Origin: an uncultured delta proteobacterium
Lineage (GTDB): Bacteria; Myxococcota_A; Polyangia; Fen-1088
Direction: 5' to 3'
NCBI GenBank assembly: GCA_963796685.1
Contig: CAWCMR010000025.1
Span: 1,024,001-1,088,000 of the forward strand
DNA: 64,000 nt
Shown: positions 60,903 to 64,000 of the stretch, in pieces
Layout: every line of letters begins with the position of its first letter
Position numbering within the stretch: position 1 is the stretch's first letter
Made by a program: the position numbers and the translations under genes
Notes under the pieces: model-generated
Told to the model about the DNA's origin: nothing
The model's input: the letters and a program-made list of their open reading frames with translations, nothing else
Database searches by the model: none

Positions 60903-61663
60903 AGCTCACACTGGACACGTCGGCCGGATCGTTGCAGGTGTCGGAGGACGGTAGGAACAAGCAACTTTCCCTCTACTCACCCGAGGCCTTCGCGGCCCTG
61001 TCGCGAGCTTGGGTCAAGGTCGGGTGGTCGCTCAAGCAAACCTATTCCTTCACGTGGATGGGCCGGCCAATCATTCAGCTGCCCGAGGACATGGTTCGTA
61101 TCCAGGAGGTGCTCTATGCCGTCAAGCCCGACGTGGTCATTGAAACGGGCGTTGCCCATGGTGGATCGCTCATCTTCTATGCCAGCCTATTCAAAGCCAT
61201 GGGGCACGGGCGCGTCGTCGGTGTCGACGTGGAGATTCGCCCCCACAATCGCAAGGCCATCAAGGAACATCCGATGTCCTCCCTCATCACGCTGGTTGAG
61301 GGTGATTCGGTCGCTCAGGACACCCTTGCCCGCGTGCGTTCGCACGTTGGCGCTGGCGACCGCATACTCGTACTCCTTGATTCGAATCACAGCAAGGCCC
61401 ACGTTCTCGCCGAACTGGAAGCCTACGCGCCTCTAGTGACGCCCGGGTCCTACATCGTGGCTACCGATGGCCTCATGGAATTCCTCGACGACGTTCCGCG
61501 CGGGCAACCGTCATGGAAGACCGACAACCCCAAGGCAGCCGCCGAGGAGTTCGCAAGCAAGCATCCTGAGTTCGTGCCGGGCCATCCACCCTTCGTCTTC
61601 AATGAAGGCCCAATCCATGAGCCCGTCACGCACTGGCCTGGGGCCTACTTGAAGCGACGCTAA
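60899..61663 (+). CDS. CmcI-family (cephalosporin-hydroxylase-like) O-methyltransferase
   Basis: 'YSFTWMGRPIIQLPEDM', 'KPDVVIETGVAHGGS', 'LDSNHS..HVLAEL..YAPLV..GSY'. Confidence 0.9.
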   Translation: MKLTLDTSAGSLQVSEDGRNKQLSLYSPEAFAALSRAWVKVGWSLKQTYSFTWMGRPIIQLPEDMVRIQEVLYAVKPDVVIETGVAHGGSLIFYASLFKAMGHGRVVGVDVEIRPHNRKAIKEHPMSSLITLVEGDSVAQDTLARVRSHVGAGDRILVLLDSNHSKAHVLAELEAYAPLVTPGSYIVATDGLMEFLDDVPRGQPSWKTDNPKAAAEEFASKHPEFVPGHPPFVFNEGPIHEPVTHWPGAYLKRR

Positions 61664-62061
61664 CGCGGAAGCGCCAGGTCAAAGCGACCGTGGATGGCAG
61701 CGCGCGTCCGCGAAGACGGCCGCGATGCCTAGCGCTCTGCACTTGTCACGAATTTCGTTCAGATAGTTCGGGTGTATGACGAAATGAGGATTTCGCTGGC
61801 CAATCCTCGGAGCGCCTCCGGAGGCTGGATGAGGTGGGCCGAGCCGGGGGCTGACTTTCCCTGCTTGTTCGAATTCACATCAATGCAGTGTTCCCTGGTG
61901 GATGGTTCCAGGCCGTCCCCGGCAGTTGACCATCCGCTCCGGGCGACCTGCGCTTGCATGTCAGATGCCGAGCGAAGCAAGAAGAGACTTGGCGGGCCAG
62001 CTCGGACAGAGGTATTAAACATCGATGGCCTGTCTCGAAAGTTCCGCTCTGTTGATTTCTA

Positions 62062-63198
62062 GTGCCCCTTCGCATTCGTGGCGTGAATGCGCAGGTCGTG
62101 TGGTCAGAAGCGGCTGGTGATGGCGTGGAACGAGGAATCGTAACCGTCATCATTCCGACGCACAACCGTGCCCGGATGCTTGCTCGTGCCGTGCAGAGCG
62201 TGCTTCGGCAGACATATCCGCACCTGCGCGTACTCATTCTCGACAACGCGTCCGATGATGACACGCAAGCGGTCGCCAGAGAGCTCGTCGCGGCCGACTC
62301 TCGTTTACGCTATCACCGCCATGATCGAAACATCGGCATGATTGAGAACTTCAATTTCGGTCTTCAAAGGATCGACACAGAGTTCTTCACATTGCTCCCT
62401 GATGACGACGTTTTCCTTCCGGAGTTCTTCGAGCTGGCGATGGAAGGATTTCGTAACAACCCAGAGGTCGCATTCTCCGCTGGAATCCGAGTTGAGGTGA
62501 CGCCGTTCGGTCGCGTTCTGGCGGCTCCCCTGGCTGGAGTTCGTGTTGGGCGTTTCGACCCACCGGAAGGAGTAGATCTCATTTTGCGTACCAGTCTTCC
62601 AGGCATTACGGAGAGTATCTTCCGACGAGATGTTCTGGACCGAACGGAAATCTCCGCCCATGTCCTTGCCAGCGACCTCGGGTTCGTGCTTCAGGTAGCC
62701 TTGAGGCGCCCTTACGTCGTGGCTACCGACCGGCCTTGTGCGTTTTTCGTGAGCCACAGCGGTCCCCGGGGCGGGCTGGGTGAGGAAGCTCTGCTTGACG
62801 AGCTCGTTCCGGCCTACGACTCCATGTGCGCCCACGTTCTCCGCATGCAGGACGTACCCTCGGCATTGCGCTCTCGCGTCGTTACTTGGCTCGAAGGACA
62901 GTTGCGCACGCGCTTGGCCGTGACGGCGGTAGGCTACGTTCGCAGACAACATTACGAGCTGGCTGCGTTAGCGCGCTCGATTCTTGCGGCCCGCGAAGGA
63001 CAAACTATTCGCGTCAGATGCCTCGCGGGATTGGAGTCAGTTGCGGATCGGCTGCCCCAGTCGATGGCTGCTCTGAACGCCTGTAATGCGGCACGCGTTG
63101 CGCTGGCGCGGTGGCGAGCCGATCACAGACTCAGGGCGTGCTGGTCTGCGGGGCTAACGGAAGTGGCCTCCAACGTGAACCTGTTGGCTCTATGCTAG
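62062..63198 (+). CDS. Glycosyltransferase family 2
   Basis: 'VTVIIPTHNR...AVQSVL.QTY', 'DNASDD', 'NIGMIENFN', 'DDD'; start uncertain. Confidence 0.85.
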   Translation: MPLRIRGVNAQVVWSEAAGDGVERGIVTVIIPTHNRARMLARAVQSVLRQTYPHLRVLILDNASDDDTQAVARELVAADSRLRYHRHDRNIGMIENFNFGLQRIDTEFFTLLPDDDVFLPEFFELAMEGFRNNPEVAFSAGIRVEVTPFGRVLAAPLAGVRVGRFDPPEGVDLILRTSLPGITESIFRRDVLDRTEISAHVLASDLGFVLQVALRRPYVVATDRPCAFFVSHSGPRGGLGEEALLDELVPAYDSMCAHVLRMQDVPSALRSRVVTWLEGQLRTRLAVTAVGYVRRQHYELAALARSILAAREGQTIRVRCLAGLESVADRLPQSMAALNACNAARVALARWRADHRLRACWSAGLTEVASNVNLLALC

Positions 63199-63282
63199 CG
63201 AGATGGTCTCCACATAACGCGCCGTGCTCCAGTCGCCAAAGGCATCTTCCACGATATTGACCACTACCAGATCTTTGTGATC

Positions 63283-64000
63283 TCATATCCTTCTCTTTGT
63301 GCTCCACCGGCCGCCCTTTTCGACCAACGCCCGTTTGATTCCCGAAACCGACGCCTCAAGCCCGTATTGGGATATCAGGTTCTTTGCCTTCTCTCCCATC
63401 TCGGAAATCTTCTCCGGTTGCGTAAGCATTCGGTCAAAGACTTCCGCGAGCATGTCGGAGGATCCGGTTGGAAAGGTGTATCCGGTTTCATCGTCATGAA
63501 CAAGATCGTAGGAACACCCCACGCGGTCGCTCACGATCACGGGCAGGCCGAAATTCATCGCTTCGTTCACAACCAACCCCCAGGTTTCTCCGAACGCCGA
63601 AGGCAGGACCATGAAATCCGCAGCCTTATAGTAGCGGGGTAGTTCGCTCTGATTCTGGAACCCTGCGAACAGGAAACCGCCGATCCCACTGCGACCAACG
63701 CTCTCTTCCATCTCCTTCCTCAACATGCCGTCTCCGACCACCAGGAGAGAAAGTCTGTCCTTGTGCTGCACCTTGTGTAGTGCCTCCGCGAGAAGGAGAG
63801 GCGCCTTCTTTGCAATTAGTTTTCCGCAGAAGAGCGCCACAATCTGATCTTCTTTGAACCCAAGCCCCTTCTTCAACTCGGCCTTGGAGGGGAGCTTCGT
63901 GGCCAGGGAACGGAAAAAGTCGTTGTCCACGCAAAAGGGCGACCAGAAGATATTTTCGGGTCGGCCTGCGTGGTTGAGGTAGTGGTCCTTCGAAAGCGCA
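63283..64000 (-). CDS. Glycosyltransferase family 4 (5'-truncated by window)
   Basis: 'LFCGKLIAKK', 'VVGDG', 'VLPS...ETWGLVVNEAM..GLPVIVSD.VGC'; frame is open to the window end. Confidence 0.9.
   Translation of the reverse strand, partial: ALSKDHYLNHAGRPENIFWSPFCVDNDFFRSLATKLPSKAELKKGLGFKEDQIVALFCGKLIAKKAPLLLAEALHKVQHKDRLSLLVVGDGMLRKEMEESVGRSGIGGFLFAGFQNQSELPRYYKAADFMVLPSAFGETWGLVVNEAMNFGLPVIVSDRVGCSYDLVHDDETGYTFPTGSSDMLAEVFDRMLTQPEKISEMGEKAKNLISQYGLEASVSGIKRALVEKGGRWSTKRRI

Noticed and set aside
61759-62062. Short ORFs between the CmcI and GT2 genes
   Set aside because: No motifs, no RBS and atypical codon use

Overview
GC-rich bacterial DNA, very likely Myxococcota: it has a MYXO-CTERM sorting signal, a TIGR02266 PilZ protein, a PEGA Ser/Thr kinase and Gly-rich-linker lipoproteins. 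The left half carries a minor type IV pilin cluster (pilV/W/X-like) between GT-C-like membrane proteins, a ~2,080-aa DUF362-CBM9-malectin-Ig surface protein, secreted hydrolases and housekeeping genes (leuB, nadE, RRM protein, Omp85-family protein, helicase, ExoIII). The right half is a Wzx/Wza/Wzc surface-polysaccharide locus with a CDP-linked C-methyl sugar pathway, interrupted by toxin-antitoxin pairs and internally deleted gene remnants. The most notable layer is non-coding. A BoxC/PIT-like palindromic repeat occurs as solo copies and as two tandem arrays (102-bp and 75-bp units). The 102-bp array holds an IS621-like IS110 element whose bridge-RNA guides, readable in the sequence, match the repeat itself. 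The 75-bp array lies directly beside a DUF559 nuclease gene. A separate CTAG-targeting IS1182-derived MITE pair is also present. Seven single-base frameshifts in ordinary genes suggest sequencing indel errors. No rRNA, tRNA or CRISPR array was seen.
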